A stretch of DNA of 24,000 nucleotides, taken from Candidatus Velamenicoccus archaeovorus (GTDB taxonomy: Bacteria; Omnitrophota; Gorgyraeia; Velamenicoccales; Velamenicoccaceae). The DNA is taken from positions 393,403 to 417,402 of the forward strand of contig NZ_CP019384.1 of assembly GCF_004102945.1 (NCBI RefSeq), read 5' to 3'. The position numbers and the translations under genes are program-made. Under the pieces are notes generated by a model that worked only from the letters and a program-made list of their open reading frames with translations, was not told the origin of the DNA and searched no databases. How positions within the stretch are numbered: position 1 is the stretch's first letter; each line of letters begins with the position of its first letter. Positions 22,709 through 24,000 of the stretch are shown here, one piece after another.

Positions 22709-24000
22709 GTGTCTGTAGCTTATCGTTTTCAGAAGACGGGCGATTTTGTCATTGAAGACTATAATCGCGCCAGGGCATGGTCGAGTTTTTTTCCGGGGAT
22801 CGCCGGCCTTTACGGCATCCCTTTGTGGGTCTTTTACGTCAATCGCGGCCAGTGTATCGCCTCCGCCGGCATCCGCACCAAGGACGAGGCCATGATGGAA
22901 TATCTTCCCGCGAACAAGGCATATCAGTTGACGCCGACGCAGGGGTTCCGGACGTTCATCAAGGTGCGCCGAGGTAAAAAACAGATTTTTTATGAGCCGT
23001 TTTCCCCCGTTCATGCCGCAGGGGCGGCCGAAGGCATTTCTAACAGGCTCACTATCAGACCGTATGAACTGGAGCTGACGGAGGTCAATACCGTCCTTGG
23101 TCTCAAGACGGAGGTCCTTTATTTTTGTCTCCCCGGTGAACCTTATGCGGCCCTGGTGCGTTGCCTGACGGTGACAAATATATCGCCGCAGCCCCAAGGC
23201 CTTGTCGTCTTAGACGGTCTGGCCGCCCTCGTGCCTTACGGCGTCAATAATTTCTTTTTGAAAGAGATGAGCCGTACCATCGAGGCATGGATGACGGTCG
23301 AGAATATCGGCAGCGGCATCCCGCTGTATAAACTATCGACAGACCCTCGGGACACCGCCCAGGTGGCTTTTGTGAGGGGCGCGCATTTCTATATGGGGTT
23401 TGAGGAAGGCAAGACCTGCCGTTCCAACAAGGTCATCGCCGACCCGCAGGCGATCTTCGGTCAAGAGACGGATCTTATTCGTCCCTCGAGATTTGAAGAG
23501 TCTGCCGCGTTTGCCTATCCGGCCCGCCAGGCGGCAACCAATAAGATGGCCTGCGCTTTTTCTTTTCTGCGCTGGCATCTGAAGAAAGCGCAGTTCTCTT
23601 CGCATATGTCCTTGCTTGGGCACGTTTTCGACGTCGGCGACGTCAAAAAGTACGGCCTGGAAAAGATCGATGCTTCTTTCATCCGCGCCAAGCGCCGGGA
23701 GAACCGCATTCTCGTCGAGGACATCACCGACAGGATCTTTACCGCCAGCGGCAAGCCCGTGCTGGACCAGTATGCGCGCCAGACATATCTCGATAATGTC
23801 CTGAGGGGCGGCCTTCCGGTGACGCTCGGGTTGGATGGCAAGAAAAAAACGGTTTATGTTTTTTCGCGCAAACATGGTGATCTTGAACGCGATTACAACA
23901 GGTTCGTGGTGACGGCCACATACTTCAGCGAAGGGGAAGGCAACTACCGGGACGTCAACCAGAACAGGCGCAGCGACGTGTTTTTCAATCCAGCGGTCGG
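22709..24000 (+). CDS. Large uncharacterised glycoside hydrolase/phosphorylase-like protein, 3' end off-window
   Basis: Absent from the ORF track because it has no stop in the window. By hand the frame is open from GTG 22709 (SD AAAGGAG 9 nt upstream) to base 24000. It reads VSVAYRFQKTGDFVIEDYNRARAWSSFFPGIAGLYGIPLWVFYVNRGQCIASAG...GNYRDVNQNRRSDVFFNP. The functional call comes from recollection of 'cellobiose phosphorylase-like' annotations and is tentative. Confidence 0.7.
   Translation, partial: MSVAYRFQKTGDFVIEDYNRARAWSSFFPGIAGLYGIPLWVFYVNRGQCIASAGIRTKDEAMMEYLPANKAYQLTPTQGFRTFIKVRRGKKQIFYEPFSPVHAAGAAEGISNRLTIRPYELELTEVNTVLGLKTEVLYFCLPGEPYAALVRCLTVTNISPQPQGLVVLDGLAALVPYGVNNFFLKEMSRTIEAWMTVENIGSGIPLYKLSTDPRDTAQVAFVRGAHFYMGFEEGKTCRSNKVIADPQAIFGQETDLIRPSRFEESAAFAYPARQAATNKMACAFSFLRWHLKKAQFSSHMSLLGHVFDVGDVKKYGLEKIDASFIRAKRRENRILVEDITDRIFTASGKPVLDQYARQTYLDNVLRGGLPVTLGLDGKKKTVYVFSRKHGDLERDYNRFVVTATYFSEGEGNYRDVNQNRRSDVFFNPAV

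Overview
About 24 kb of mid-GC bacterial DNA (by eye). Every gene I can support lies on the + strand. Content is mostly housekeeping and envelope functions. In order: a type IV pilus / T2SS-like assembly module (PilM-PilN-like fusion, PilO-PilP-like fusion, secretin), split by a decayed four-helix-bundle (23S rRNA IVS-type) gene cassette; an NSS transporter with a small MetS-like ORF missing from the ORF track; a DUF3568-like lipoprotein; an intact four-helix-bundle gene; a thermonuclease lipoprotein; an AEC transporter; smpB and tmRNA; a zinc-ribbon membrane protein; hemW; a lipoprotein plus CheY-like receiver; a tightly coupled nth / PNPOx-like / Cys-less thioredoxin-fold / beta-CASP RNase operon; a secreted repeat protein with ECF sigma and anti-sigma; a YdbL-like protein; a PC4-like protein; ttcA; a PAS-GGDEF-HD-GYP protein; and a 3'-truncated large glycoside hydrolase/phosphorylase-like ORF. 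I see no transposase, integrase, reverse transcriptase, CRISPR/cas or recognisable defence genes, and no convincing novel multi-gene system. The unusual signals are mostly noncoding: (1) inverted-repeat-bracketed four-helix-bundle cassettes and a 79-nt palindromic repeat family present twice; (2) a promoter-driven ~370-nt repeat-rich leader upstream of the YdbL-like gene with anti-SD-like complementarity; (3) a tmRNA tag frame with no stop after a canonical ...VLAA; (4) a CCCGTTAGAG motif directly after stop codons. The several four-helix-bundle loci vaguely suggest an uncultivated lineage such as Omnitrophota/PVC, but that is a weak guess.
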